Shown here: one piece after another, positions 1 to 10,276 of the stretch | Layout of the letters: each line of letters opens with the position of its first letter | Numbering within the stretch: the stretch's first letter is position 1 | Source of the DNA: an uncultured Desulfobulbaceae bacterium | GTDB lineage: Bacteria; Desulfobacterota; Desulfobulbia; Desulfobulbales; BM004 | Length of the DNA: 64,000 bases | Assembly (NCBI GenBank): GCA_945787325.1 | Contig: CALZHP010000001.1 | Span: forward strand, 73-64,072 | Direction of reading: 5' to 3' | The notes under the pieces: generated by a model | The model's input: only the letters and a program-made list of their open reading frames with translations | Database searches by the model: none | What the model was told of the DNA's origin: nothing | Made by a program: the position numbers and the translations under genes

Positions 1-27
1 GCCCCAAATTTAATATCAATATAAAAA

Positions 28-492
28 TTAATTATTCTGTCTGATAGCTTCATATAAGACAATACCCGCTGCGATGGAAAGGTTAATACTGCGGATATTC
101 GGATTGCTCATGGGTATTGTGTAACAGCGATTCTTATACTGCTCCAATACAGATCCTGGAAGCCCTTTAGTCTCTTTACCAAATACAAGAAAATCTCCCG
201 GTTTGTATTCTGCATCAGTATAAGAGCGCTTTACTTTTTTGCTGAGGAAATGAAGCTTTTCAGATTTGTTATTTTCCAAAAAATCTTCAATGCTTTCCCA
301 ATATACAATTTTAACGTATTTCCAGTAATCAAGCCCGGCTCTTTTCAAATGCTTGTCATCTGTACTGAAACCAAGAGGTTTTACAAGATGGAGTACTGAA
401 TCTGTGGCCCCGCAAAGCCTTGCAACCGTCCCCGTATTAGGGGGTATTTCGGGCTCAACCAGCACCACATTAAAAGGTTTATCTTTTAACAT
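28..492 (-). CDS. trmL: tRNA (cytidine/uridine-2'-O)-methyltransferase TrmL (SPOUT/SpoU family)
   Basis: 154-aa ORF. It has N-terminal VVLVEPEIPPNTGTVARLC and C-terminal SINLSIAAGIVLYEA motifs typical of small SpoU-type TrmL enzymes. Confidence 0.85.
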   Translation of the reverse strand: MLKDKPFNVVLVEPEIPPNTGTVARLCGATDSVLHLVKPLGFSTDDKHLKRAGLDYWKYVKIVYWESIEDFLENNKSEKLHFLSKKVKRSYTDAEYKPGDFLVFGKETKGLPGSVLEQYKNRCYTIPMSNPNIRSINLSIAAGIVLYEAIRQNN

Positions 493-555
493 TTGTAACG
501 CGGAATGTTTGTTATTAAGGATTGTTACAGGAATAAATGCTCAGGGATATGATGT

Positions 556-1899
556 TTAAAGAAATGATGATAAATCTTCATCAACCCCCAATGTTACATT
601 TTTCACTTGCAGCACTTTGTGATCTACCTGTGTTTCCATGAGATTCACAAGTTCCGTACTGACAATGTTGAAATCTTTGAGCTCATCTCCCTTAAGGATT
701 GACCTGGGTTTGAATTTCAAAGAGAACGGGTTTTTGAAAACACCGTTCAAATCAATACGATAATCTAGGTGGGGACCGGTAGATAAACCAGTCGAACCGA
801 CATACCCGATAATATCTTTCTGTTTAACACGATTTCCAGTCCGCAATCCTTTTTTGTACCTGGACAGGTGGCCATAGTGTGTTTTATAACCACCGGCATG
901 ACGAATTATTACCTGTTTGCCAAATCCACCGTTTCTGCCTATAAACTTAATGCGACCATCTGAAGCGGCCATAACAGGAGTTCCTGTAGGAGCTGCAAGA
1001 TCTACCCCCAGGTGAGGCCGCGTTATTCCAAGAATTGGGTGTTTACGCCGAAAGGAAAATCTTGATGTGACCCTACCAAATGGTATTGGTGAGCGAAGGA
1101 ATGATGTGCTCAACTCTTCTCCATTGTCATCAAAATAGGCACCGGGATTCTTTTCAGTATTATACAAATAACCAGACCAGCTTTTATCAGCTTGCTGATA
1201 ACGTGCCATTAATATCTTACCGTATGCAACAAACTCATCGTCTTTATAAAATTTTTCAACTATGAGACTGAAGCTGTCCCCCTGTCTTGTTTCAGTATTA
1301 AAATCTATTTTAGAAGCGAAAATATTGGCAAAAGAATGAATCAGTTTTGGATCTTCTCCCAACTCGACAAAGGAAACAAAAAGTGAATTATCAATCGTGC
1401 CTGTTATCCTGGTCGTCTGGCATTCAAGGGGAATTGAAAGTTTAACGGAAGAATATCCATCATCGGTTTTAACAACGGAGTAAATATTAAGTGGCCCGGA
1501 CTCATAGGTTGAACTGACAAGTTTGCCATCCTCATCCAAAACTACAGTATACTGATCGCCAGGACGCAACTTACGGAAATCTAATGTAGGGTTTAATGCA
1601 TTAATTATACATGTACGAACATTCGCATCCAAACCACAGCGCTTTAGAGAGTCATCAAAGCCCTCGCCTGATTTGAGCTCACCCTTAACCTCGGAATAAT
1701 TAACTTTTTCGGGTTCCGGTAAAGCAGAAGTTTGAATTTGTGTATCTATAGCAATAGATGCAACCGCAGTTTTATCGCCTATTGGAAGGTTTTTATCTTT
1801 TTGGTTGTCACCTAAATCTACAATAAAAAGAAAAATTATCAGAGCAGGCCAGAAGACTATGCTAAATATAAGACCTTTATATGAGGAGAGAAGCTTCAT
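556..1899 (-). CDS. M23 family metallopeptidase (murein endopeptidase-like) with N-terminal membrane anchor
   Basis: 447 aa. An N-terminal hydrophobic segment is present. The C-terminal LytM/M23 motifs are HLGVDLAAPTGTPV and GSTGLSTGPHLDY. Confidence 0.85.
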   Translation of the reverse strand: MKLLSSYKGLIFSIVFWPALIIFLFIVDLGDNQKDKNLPIGDKTAVASIAIDTQIQTSALPEPEKVNYSEVKGELKSGEGFDDSLKRCGLDANVRTCIINALNPTLDFRKLRPGDQYTVVLDEDGKLVSSTYESGPLNIYSVVKTDDGYSSVKLSIPLECQTTRITGTIDNSLFVSFVELGEDPKLIHSFANIFASKIDFNTETRQGDSFSLIVEKFYKDDEFVAYGKILMARYQQADKSWSGYLYNTEKNPGAYFDDNGEELSTSFLRSPIPFGRVTSRFSFRRKHPILGITRPHLGVDLAAPTGTPVMAASDGRIKFIGRNGGFGKQVIIRHAGGYKTHYGHLSRYKKGLRTGNRVKQKDIIGYVGSTGLSTGPHLDYRIDLNGVFKNPFSLKFKPRSILKGDELKDFNIVSTELVNLMETQVDHKVLQVKNVTLGVDEDLSSFL

Positions 1900-2258
1900 T
1901 AATATTTATATGCTTTGATAATTAGTTTTGAAGTTTTGAACTACACTAAATTAAGATTTCCCTGCCCATCAGTTAGACGACAGGTTACAGGTCTGTTTTC
2001 ATAACAGCATAAGTTTCTAATTACAAGAGTCTTTTATGGATAATCAAAGTTAAATAATTAAAGTGCAATACGACGATCATTGTTGCTTTTTTAGAAAGAC
2101 CGTTTAAACTGATACGTTTATCAATATTCGACTCATAAGATTAAGAATAAATGATTGTCCACATTCATTACTTCCTTAGATTTGATTTGTAATGTGGATC
2201 AGCGTAAATACCAGAACAAACGCCGCAACAATAACACATTCAGGAGAAGAAGTCATCG

Positions 2259-3494
2259 ATGGCATTAATCGTTCAGAAGTTCGGTGGCACATCGGTCGCC
2301 AACACCGATAAAATAAAAGCTGTTGCCCAGAAAGTCATTAAGTATCAACAAGAGGGAAACCAGATGGTTGTTGTCCTTTCTGCAATGTCTGGTGAAACTA
2401 ACCGTTTTGTTGACATGGCCAATGATGTGCAATCAATACCTGATCCACGTGAAATGGATGTACTTCTCTCAAGCGGAGAACAGGTAACGGTCGCTCTTTT
2501 TTCAATGGCTGTTAAAGATGAGGGCTTTGATTCTATATCTTTGCTTGGTGATCAGGTGAAAATAATCACTGATAATATGCATACAAAAGCTCGCATCAAA
2601 TCTATACATACAGAGCTTATTAATAAACATCTTAATGATGGAAAAATAGTTGTTGTCGCAGGTTTCCAGGGTGTAACAGAAGACAAACACATTACTACAC
2701 TTGGTCGGGGAGGATCAGACACCACTGCAGTAGCGCTTGCCGCTTCTCTTAATGCTGACAAATGTGAAATATTTACAGATGTTGAAGGTGTTTTTACCAC
2801 TGATCCGAATATATGTTCCGCAGCTAGAAAAATTAGCCGCATCTCTTATGACGAGATGTTGGAACTTGCCAGCCTTGGTGCAAAAGTACTGGATATCAGG
2901 TCGGTCGGATTAGCAAAAAGATATAAAGTTCCCGTGCATGTCCGCTCCACATTTACGGATTCGGAAGGAACATGGGTAGTTGAGGAGGACAAAGATATGG
3001 AATCTATGCTGGTCTCAGGAGTGGCATACAGCAAAAATGAAGCAAGAATTACTATTTCAAAAGTTCAGGATACCCCCGGAGTAGCTTCAAAAATATTCTT
3101 GCCTATTTCTGATGCCGGTATCGTTGTCGATATGATCATACAGAACACCAGGGCCGGTGAGCTTACCGATTTAACCTTCACCGTTCCACGCACAGACTAT
3201 GAAAAAGCAATGAAAATTGTTCAAATTGTGTCTAAAGAAATTGGGGCGGAAAATGTTACAGGTTCAGACGATATCGCTAAGATATCTATAGTTGGCGTTG
3301 GTATGAGAAATCATTCCGGTATAGCGACAACCATGTTTCACGTTCTGGCCCGTGAAGGTATTAATATTAAAATGATTAGTACATCGGAAATAAAAGTTTC
3401 TTGTGTTATAGAAGAAAAATACACCGAACTGGCGGTACGTTCTCTGCATGAAGCCTTTGCGCTCGATAAGGACAACCAGCCTGTTGTAGAATAA
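2259..3494 (+). CDS. lysC: aspartate kinase
   Basis: 411 aa. The N-terminus is MALIVQKFGGTSV, with LGRGGSDTTA also present. C-terminal ACT-type repeats include ISIVGVGM. Confidence 0.93.
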   Translation: MALIVQKFGGTSVANTDKIKAVAQKVIKYQQEGNQMVVVLSAMSGETNRFVDMANDVQSIPDPREMDVLLSSGEQVTVALFSMAVKDEGFDSISLLGDQVKIITDNMHTKARIKSIHTELINKHLNDGKIVVVAGFQGVTEDKHITTLGRGGSDTTAVALAASLNADKCEIFTDVEGVFTTDPNICSAARKISRISYDEMLELASLGAKVLDIRSVGLAKRYKVPVHVRSTFTDSEGTWVVEEDKDMESMLVSGVAYSKNEARITISKVQDTPGVASKIFLPISDAGIVVDMIIQNTRAGELTDLTFTVPRTDYEKAMKIVQIVSKEIGAENVTGSDDIAKISIVGVGMRNHSGIATTMFHVLAREGINIKMISTSEIKVSCVIEEKYTELAVRSLHEAFALDKDNQPVVE

Positions 3495-3524
3495 TTTATA
3501 TAATTGATTATACAGGAAATAATA

Positions 3525-5150
3525 ATGACGCAGCAACTAGAGATATACGACACTACTCTTAGAGATGGCACTCAGGCAGAAAATTTCAATTTGTCTGTTG
3601 ATGATAAAGTGAGAATCAGCCTGAAGCTTGATGAGCTCGGCATGGACTTCATAGAAGGTGGATGGCCCGGATCCAATCCCAGTGCTGTTGAGTTTTTTAA
3701 AGATATCAAGAATTACAACTTAAAACATGCAAAGCTTACTTCATTTGGCAGCACTAGGTTATTCAGTAATCCAGCAGAAAAAGATGCCAATTTGCAGGCT
3801 TTAATTGATTCGCAAACACCTGGAATTACTATTTTTGGAAAATCATGGGATATCCATGTTACTGACGCGCTTCGTATCGGACTTGATGACAACCTGCAAA
3901 TAATTGAAGAGTCTCTCTCTTACCTCCGACAACATGCAGAATTTCTTTTTTATGACGCTGAACATTTCTTTGACGGCTTTAAAAAGAACCAGGAATATGC
4001 GCTTTCGACGCTTGATAGAGCTGTAACAGGCGGTGCCGACTGCCTTGTATTATGTGACACCAACGGTGGCACTTTACCACATGAAATGCCTCATATAATC
4101 AGGACTGTTCAAGACCATTTGAAAGCAGGAGGTAAAACCATACCTTTAGGAATTCATTCACATAACGATTCAGAAACAGCTGTAGCCAATTCTCTCATAG
4201 CTGTTTCAATGGGTGTCACACAGGTTCAGGGAACAATGAACGGCTACGGAGAGAGATGCGGTAATGCTAATTTGACATCAATAGTTCCATCTTTAGCTGT
4301 AAAAATGGGACACAAATTTAAGATAGCTGAAAATTTAACTAAACTCAGCGAGGCTTCCAGGTTTGTTAATGAATTAGCCAACCTTCCTCATAATAAATAC
4401 CAGCCTTACGTGGGTAGGGCAGCTTTCGCGCACAAAGGTGGTATTCATGTGAGCGCTGTGAAAAGAAATCCCCTGACTTATGAGCACATTGAACCAGAAA
4501 AAATTGGTAATGTTAGGCGTATATTAATTTCTGACCAGTCAGGCAAAAGCAATGTTCTCCATAAAGCTCAAAAATTTGGTCTTAATCTTGATTCTCAAGA
4601 CCCTGTTGTAAGCTCAATTGTTAAAGAACTTAAAGAGCTGGAAAACAAAGGATTTCAATATGAAGGCGCTGAGGCTTCTTTCGAGCTTCTTATGCGAAGA
4701 GCGCTTGGTTCGCTGGACTCTCAGAAAAGATACTTTGATCTTAAAGGGTACAGGGTCATCAGTTTGAAAAGAAGCATGACGGAACCTCCCCAGGATGAGG
4801 CAACAATTCGTCTTGAGGTGGCAGGTGAAGAAGTACATACAGCTGCGCTGGGTGAAGGTCCGGTTAACGCACTCGACAAAGCCCTCAGAAAGGCTTTAAG
4901 TGATTTCTATCCCAGGCTTAAGGAGATGTCTCTTGAAGATTACAAAGTCAGGGTCTTGTCCGGGGAACATGGTACTGGCGCCAAAATCCGTGTACTTATA
5001 CAATCTCGTGACGCTAAAAGTGAGTGGGGCACAGTCGGTGTTTCTTTTGATATTATTGAAGCGAGTTGGCAGGCACTTGTCGACAGCATTACATACAAAC
5101 TGATGAAAGATGAACAGCAGCGAAATACACCGGAAAACGCCACCAAGTAA
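3525..5150 (+). CDS. cimA: citramalate synthase (long-form, LeuA-like)
   Basis: The translation has EIYDTTLRDGTQAE, HSHNDSETAVANS and a C-terminal LeuA-dimer-like region. An AGGAAA Shine-Dalgarno lies 6 nt upstream of the ATG at 3525. The track ORF starts at a TTG at 3504. Confidence 0.85.
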   Translation: MTQQLEIYDTTLRDGTQAENFNLSVDDKVRISLKLDELGMDFIEGGWPGSNPSAVEFFKDIKNYNLKHAKLTSFGSTRLFSNPAEKDANLQALIDSQTPGITIFGKSWDIHVTDALRIGLDDNLQIIEESLSYLRQHAEFLFYDAEHFFDGFKKNQEYALSTLDRAVTGGADCLVLCDTNGGTLPHEMPHIIRTVQDHLKAGGKTIPLGIHSHNDSETAVANSLIAVSMGVTQVQGTMNGYGERCGNANLTSIVPSLAVKMGHKFKIAENLTKLSEASRFVNELANLPHNKYQPYVGRAAFAHKGGIHVSAVKRNPLTYEHIEPEKIGNVRRILISDQSGKSNVLHKAQKFGLNLDSQDPVVSSIVKELKELENKGFQYEGAEASFELLMRRALGSLDSQKRYFDLKGYRVISLKRSMTEPPQDEATIRLEVAGEEVHTAALGEGPVNALDKALRKALSDFYPRLKEMSLEDYKVRVLSGEHGTGAKIRVLIQSRDAKSEWGTVGVSFDIIEASWQALVDSITYKLMKDEQQRNTPENATK

Positions 5151-5694
5151 CAACGTAGATTTTCGCTTGCTCGTCTTTTTGGTCCTGGCACTATTCCTTA
5201 TTGTTGCCAATATGTCAGATGGTATAAAAGCAACACAGGTATCCTCTTATGATACTTTTTATGTCTGGATCACAGGCAGCACAATAGAATCTGGTCTTCA
5301 TGAATTAGAATCTGACATCACAATTCACAAACTTTACGAAGACCTGGGAGTTGTTGTTCCGGAAACGTCAAAATTTCAGTTAGTTTCTGATTTCATTGCT
5401 GTTGACGACAAAACTCCATTATCTGCAGCATTACAAATTGAAGATGGAAACTTACCACAGCTCGATGCATTTCCACCAGATCTTACCCCCCTGTTTTTTA
5501 GACCCATTCCAGTAAACGTTGCTTCAAAAGCAACCTTGGAACAGCTTCCTGGTATTGGTGATAAATTGTCTATAAGAATAATTGAATACAGGGATGAATT
5601 TGGGGTGTTTTCAAAAGCAGAAGATCTTAATGAGGTCCCTGGGATCAGCTATTCAAAAATGAAAAAGATCAAACCCTACATTATAACAAATTAG
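5110..5694 (+). CDS. comEA: ComEA-like helix-hairpin-helix DNA-binding protein
   Basis: The C-terminus LEQLPGIGDKLSIRIIEYRDEFGVFSKAEDLNEVPGISYSKMKKI is a tandem HhH motif. An N-terminal TM segment (LLVFLVLALFLIVA) is present. The true start is uncertain because the ORF overlaps the cimA 3' end; TTG at 5167 or ATG at 5212 are possible. Confidence 0.7.
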   Translation: MNSSEIHRKTPPSNNVDFRLLVFLVLALFLIVANMSDGIKATQVSSYDTFYVWITGSTIESGLHELESDITIHKLYEDLGVVVPETSKFQLVSDFIAVDDKTPLSAALQIEDGNLPQLDAFPPDLTPLFFRPIPVNVASKATLEQLPGIGDKLSIRIIEYRDEFGVFSKAEDLNEVPGISYSKMKKIKPYIITN

Positions 5695-5765
5695 AATTTA
5701 TATATGTGATTATAAGTTATGGCCAAAACAATAATTAAATTTGTAATCATGTATTCCATAATTAA

Positions 5766-6713
5766 ATGAAAACAAAAGTATTATTTGTAAATCTGATATT
5801 TATCTTCGCAATAGTAAACACTTCTATCGCAGCGGAACTTATTAACAAAGATACCAGCGTGTCCTCTAACAGGATTCGTTATGCAGTCACTATTCATCCT
5901 CTTTCAGAAATAATTAAAAAAGTTGTAGGTTCACGGGCCGAGGTAATAAAAATTCTCCCGCCCGGAGCTTCACCACATACTTTTGCGCCCCGACCATCAA
6001 TTGTAAAAGATATTTCCGGAGCTACTGCATTCTTTTACGCGGGACCCGGGGTTGACCAAGAGTGGGTTGGCAAGTTAGCAGCAAAAAACAAGATCGAAAT
6101 GTTGTCCCTTGTTCCCGAAGTCGATCGATTAGATGTGAAAGGGGTTTCTTCCGAAGCCGGGAAGGAACATGGACATGAAAATAATGACCATAATGCTATT
6201 TCTTATGATCCTCATTTCTGGACAGATCCGCTGACCGTAAAGAAATTGCTGCCGGAGTTAATTAATGTTTTTTCTGAGCTTGATAAAGAAGGTACACATA
6301 TTTATAAGGAAAACGCTCAATATTTTGCCGAAGAACTTACAGCCCTCGATCTTCATTTAAAAAATATTCTCGCACCAGCTCAGGGCAAAGCTTTTTTTCT
6401 TTTTCATCCATCATTCCAATATTTATTTAGAAGGTACAATCTGACTCTTGGCGGCGTTATTGAACAATTTCCTGGGCAGGAACCTTCACCTAAGAAACTC
6501 CTTAAAATTGTTAAGAAATTAAGGAACTCAGGTACACGATATATATTCAGCGAACCGCAACTTTCACCACAGGCTGCCGGTGTAGTTGCAGAAGCTGCCG
6601 AAATAGACGTATTGGTACTTGATCCACTTGGTGGGACAAAAGGAAGACAAAGTTATAGTGAACTTATCCTCTATAACGCCGAAGCTCTGCTTAAAGCTTC
6701 CGCACCCTTATAA
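5766..6713 (+). CDS. znuA: metal (zinc-type) ABC transporter substrate-binding protein, ZnuA/TroA family
   Basis: 315 aa with a signal peptide. TroA-like motifs are PGASPHTF and DPHFW. A His-rich loop (KEHGHENNDHN) is typical of ZnuA. No permease or ATPase genes are adjacent. Confidence 0.75.
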   Translation: MKTKVLFVNLIFIFAIVNTSIAAELINKDTSVSSNRIRYAVTIHPLSEIIKKVVGSRAEVIKILPPGASPHTFAPRPSIVKDISGATAFFYAGPGVDQEWVGKLAAKNKIEMLSLVPEVDRLDVKGVSSEAGKEHGHENNDHNAISYDPHFWTDPLTVKKLLPELINVFSELDKEGTHIYKENAQYFAEELTALDLHLKNILAPAQGKAFFLFHPSFQYLFRRYNLTLGGVIEQFPGQEPSPKKLLKIVKKLRNSGTRYIFSEPQLSPQAAGVVAEAAEIDVLVLDPLGGTKGRQSYSELILYNAEALLKASAPL

Positions 6714-7661
6714 ATGAATAATAAATACCCTCTACTGGTCATTATCGGACCGACCGCTATAGGAAAGACATCCCTATCTCTCAGGATTGCCGAGCAATTT
6801 TCCTGTGAGATTATCGGAGTTGATTCTATGCAGGTCTATAAATATATGGACATTGGGACCGCCAAACCCACACCTGATGAACGGGCCGTCTGCCCACATC
6901 ATCTGATTGATATCATTTTTCCTGATGAGAACTATACAGCTGGACGTTTTGTGGAAGATTCTGAAGCTATCATAAAAAATATTATTGAAAATAATAATAT
7001 TCCTCTGCTGGTAGGTGGTACAGGGCTATACCTAAAAGCTTTATTTAATGGTCTCTTTGACAGTGCACCAACTGACCATGAAGTACGAAGCAAACTTAAG
7101 AAAAGACTGGAAGGGGAGGGGCGAGAAAAATTGTATTCGGAGCTCAAGAAATCTGATCCTGTTTCAGCTGAAAAAATCCATATCAATGATACTCAAAGAC
7201 TAATACGAGCACTTGAAATTTTTCACGTAACGGGTGTTCCCTGGTCTCAACATGTTGAACAACAAAAATCCCTTGAAAATAATCGTACCAATCTCCTTCA
7301 AAACCAAAAAGTGTTGAAAATAGGTCTTACCTGCGATAGAGATTACTTATACGGAAAAATCAATAATCGAGTTGAACATATGGTAACTGAAGGTCTGCTG
7401 GATGAAGCAAAGACCCTACTTGAAATGGGCTACGGACCTTTTTTGAACTCGATGCAGTCTATAGGATACCGCCACATGATAAACTACCTAGAGGGAATAT
7501 GGACTTGGGAGAAATCATTAGAAATGCTGGCAAGAGACACTAGGCGATATGCTAAAAGACAATTTACCTGGTTCGGGCGTGACCCCGATATCAAATGGTT
7601 TCACGTTGGTGATCAGGATAAAATAGTTACAACAGTAAAAGACTTCATAAAAGAGCGATGA
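6714..7661 (+). CDS. miaA: tRNA dimethylallyltransferase
   Basis: The P-loop is IIGPTAIGKTSLS. DSMQVYKYMDIGTAKP and GGTGLY motifs are also present. Confidence 0.93.
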   Translation: MNNKYPLLVIIGPTAIGKTSLSLRIAEQFSCEIIGVDSMQVYKYMDIGTAKPTPDERAVCPHHLIDIIFPDENYTAGRFVEDSEAIIKNIIENNNIPLLVGGTGLYLKALFNGLFDSAPTDHEVRSKLKKRLEGEGREKLYSELKKSDPVSAEKIHINDTQRLIRALEIFHVTGVPWSQHVEQQKSLENNRTNLLQNQKVLKIGLTCDRDYLYGKINNRVEHMVTEGLLDEAKTLLEMGYGPFLNSMQSIGYRHMINYLEGIWTWEKSLEMLARDTRRYAKRQFTWFGRDPDIKWFHVGDQDKIVTTVKDFIKER

Positions 7662-7692
7662 TATTATTACAACCACTTTACGTAATTTATAA

Positions 7693-8259
7693 ATGAATTT
7701 TCCCAACTTAATTACCCTCATTCGCATATTACTCGTTCCGCTGTTAGTTATTTTTCTAATGGAAGGTAAAACAGATCTTGCCCTTCTTACATTTATTATT
7801 GCTGGCGCTAGCGATGCAATTGACGGATTTCTGGCAAGACTCCTGCACCAGCAAACACTTTTTGGGGCTTATATTGATCCCATAGCCGACAAGCTTCTAA
7901 TAAATACATCGTTTATTACTCTGGCAATTCTTGGAAAATTGCCAGGTTGGCTGGCCGTAATTATTGTCAGCCGCGATATCATCATTCTGGCCGGAATTGG
8001 AATACTCATGATAAACAGAAGTGTTCGCAGTGATATTGCTATAGACATAAAACCATCTTTAATCAGTAAAACAACAACATTTGTCCAATTGTTCACAATT
8101 TGTTTTTTTCTGGCAGAAAATTATGTTGCTGGTTTTATGATAACAAAAGACATACTAATTCTGCTGACAAGTTTTATAACTCTTATCTCCGGTTTTCATT
8201 ATATAGCCAGGGGATTTAAAAATCTCGGTAATACAAATAATGTTGAACATTCTCTTTAA
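7693..8259 (+). CDS. pgsA: CDP-alcohol phosphatidyltransferase (phosphatidylglycerophosphate synthase-like)
   Basis: 188 aa and polytopic. The CDP-alcohol motif is DAIDGFLAR...G...DPIADK. Confidence 0.8.
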   Translation: MNFPNLITLIRILLVPLLVIFLMEGKTDLALLTFIIAGASDAIDGFLARLLHQQTLFGAYIDPIADKLLINTSFITLAILGKLPGWLAVIIVSRDIIILAGIGILMINRSVRSDIAIDIKPSLISKTTTFVQLFTICFFLAENYVAGFMITKDILILLTSFITLISGFHYIARGFKNLGNTNNVEHSL

Positions 8260-8297
8260 AACAGAAAGTTTAAACACATATGTTTGAATAATGAACA

Positions 8298-10088
8298 ATG
8301 AATGATTCTTTTCATAATAAATCCTGGCTTCTGCGTACCCAACCTACCGATCCAGTACCATTTGATTGCAATGACATTGCAAATGAATTGAAAATACCTC
8401 CACAAATAGCTTCAATTCTTATTTGTCGAGGACTTACTGATGCCGGTCAAATTCAATCATTTCTGGACCCATCCCTGGATCAACTCCCTTCACCATTTTT
8501 AATGGAAGGCATGGAAGAAGCTGTTTGTCTGCTTGCTGATGCTGTAAAAAATAAGAAGCCGGTCGCAGTCTTTGGTGATTATGACGTAGACGGTATCACT
8601 GCTTCAGCGCTGCTTGTCTCATTTTTTCAAGAGCTTGACATTCCGGTATTCAGTTATCAACCCGATAGGCTTACTGAAGGGTACGGCTTGAGTATTTCTG
8701 GAGTAAAAAAATTATTTGATTCTTGTAAGAAAGCATCTGAAAATGAAGCCGTTCTTATCACAGTCGACTGCGGCATTTCGAATCACCATGAAATTGTGGC
8801 TGCTAAATCCCTTGGTTTTAAAGTAATAGTTACTGATCACCATAAACCCCCAGAAAATTTACCGGAAGCAAACGTAATAATTAATCCTCTGCAACCAGGC
8901 TGCAACTTTCCATATAAACATCTCGCAGGAGTAGGGGTTGCATTTTACCTAATTATGGGCCTGAGAAACCGGCTTGCTAAACTTAATTTTTGGAGTAATA
9001 ATAGAGACATACCAAACCTTAAACAATATATGGACTTGGTAGCACTTGGATCTGTTTGCGACCTTGTGCCTCTAACAGGCGTGAACAGAGTATTAGTTAA
9101 AGCTGGCCTGGAAACTCTACAAGCAGGAACTAGCGTCGGTATTGAAGCACTAAAAGATGTATCGGGCCTTTCAGGACAAACTATTACAGCTGAAAGTATA
9201 GCATTCAGGTTTGGCCCCAGAATAAATGCTGTAGGTAGATTGGGGCGCCCAGCAGTGGCCGTTGAAATGTTGCTGGAAAAAAATGTGCAAAATGCAAAAC
9301 TTCTTGCTAAACAACTGGATGATGCTAACAACGAGCGGAAATCTATAGAAATTAAAGTTTATGAAGAAATCAAACCTATTGCTGAAAAATATTCTGTAGA
9401 AAAGAAAAAAACACTTGTATTGCAGGGTAATTGGCACCCAGGAGTTCTGGGAATAATCGCATCAAAGCTTACTGAAAAGTATTTCAAGCCCGCAATAATA
9501 TTATCAAGTCAATCTGATGGATCTCTGCCGGATATTACTAAAGAAACTCTAAAGGGTTCAGGAAGATCAATACCTGGCCTCAATCTCTACAACATATTAC
9601 TGAGCTGTTCTGAATATCTGGTCAAATTCGGAGGTCATGACGGCGCTGCTGGATTAATGTTACATGAAGAAAACTTTAAGCAGTTTTCAGACTGTTTCGA
9701 GGAGACAGTAGCAAACATACTTGGTAATGATGATTTAATACCGAGTATAACTGTTGATGCTTGTACAGATCTTAATATCTTGTTTGATGATTTTTTTCTC
9801 TCTTGTTATTCGAAACTGCATCCGTTCGGCATGGGGAACCCTGAACCTGTTTTCACAGTTAACAAAACTTTTTTTCATAGTTCAAGAATTGTAGGGCGCA
9901 ACCATTTAAAATTTTCATTGCTTCAAAATGGCTTCATTCGAAATGGAATTGGATTCGGTCTCGGTTATTTGTATGACAAACATAAAGATAGTGAAGTTGA
10001 TCTTGCTTTCAATTTACGTTTAAACGAATTTAAAGGGCAGAAGAACTGGGAATTCAACCTTATAGATGCGAAACATCATATAGAGTAA
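8298..10088 (+). CDS. recJ: single-stranded-DNA-specific exonuclease RecJ
   Basis: 596 aa. DHH motifs are GDYDVDGITA and VTDHHKP, and the DHHA1 motif is GGHDGAAG. Confidence 0.92.
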   Translation: MNDSFHNKSWLLRTQPTDPVPFDCNDIANELKIPPQIASILICRGLTDAGQIQSFLDPSLDQLPSPFLMEGMEEAVCLLADAVKNKKPVAVFGDYDVDGITASALLVSFFQELDIPVFSYQPDRLTEGYGLSISGVKKLFDSCKKASENEAVLITVDCGISNHHEIVAAKSLGFKVIVTDHHKPPENLPEANVIINPLQPGCNFPYKHLAGVGVAFYLIMGLRNRLAKLNFWSNNRDIPNLKQYMDLVALGSVCDLVPLTGVNRVLVKAGLETLQAGTSVGIEALKDVSGLSGQTITAESIAFRFGPRINAVGRLGRPAVAVEMLLEKNVQNAKLLAKQLDDANNERKSIEIKVYEEIKPIAEKYSVEKKKTLVLQGNWHPGVLGIIASKLTEKYFKPAIILSSQSDGSLPDITKETLKGSGRSIPGLNLYNILLSCSEYLVKFGGHDGAAGLMLHEENFKQFSDCFEETVANILGNDDLIPSITVDACTDLNILFDDFFLSCYSKLHPFGMGNPEPVFTVNKTFFHSSRIVGRNHLKFSLLQNGFIRNGIGFGLGYLYDKHKDSEVDLAFNLRLNEFKGQKNWEFNLIDAKHHIE

Positions 10089-10276
10089 TAATTCAGCCAC
10101 CATAAGTTAATTAAACATAATATACATTATGCGACATTGTCGCAATGTGTCTCTAGTTCAATAATTTATAAAATATTTTATTTTGATTACCTCTGTGTTA
10201 ATAAACCCCTTTTAAAATGCAACAGTTAAAATTAACTATTATAAGCCGCCTATATTTTAAATTAATGGAGAAATAA

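Noticed and set aside
1900-2258. Possible lysine riboswitch (L-box) upstream of lysC.
   Set aside because: No GAGGCGC/GGAG-type conserved L-box helices are visible in the 359-nt divergent intergenic region, which looks like plain AT-rich promoter DNA. I could not run a CM search.
5695-5765. Possible Zur box upstream of the znuA-like gene.
   Set aside because: I checked the TGTGATTATAAGTTAT region for dyad symmetry. It is not palindromic and does not match the Zur consensus sequences I know.
10130-10144. Palindrome TGCGAC-ATT-GTCGCA about 40 nt after recJ and about 130 nt before purB.
   Set aside because: The stem is only 6 bp with no T-tract, the extension needs bulges or mismatches, and it does not match the PurR box I know. 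It is too weak to call a terminator or an operator.
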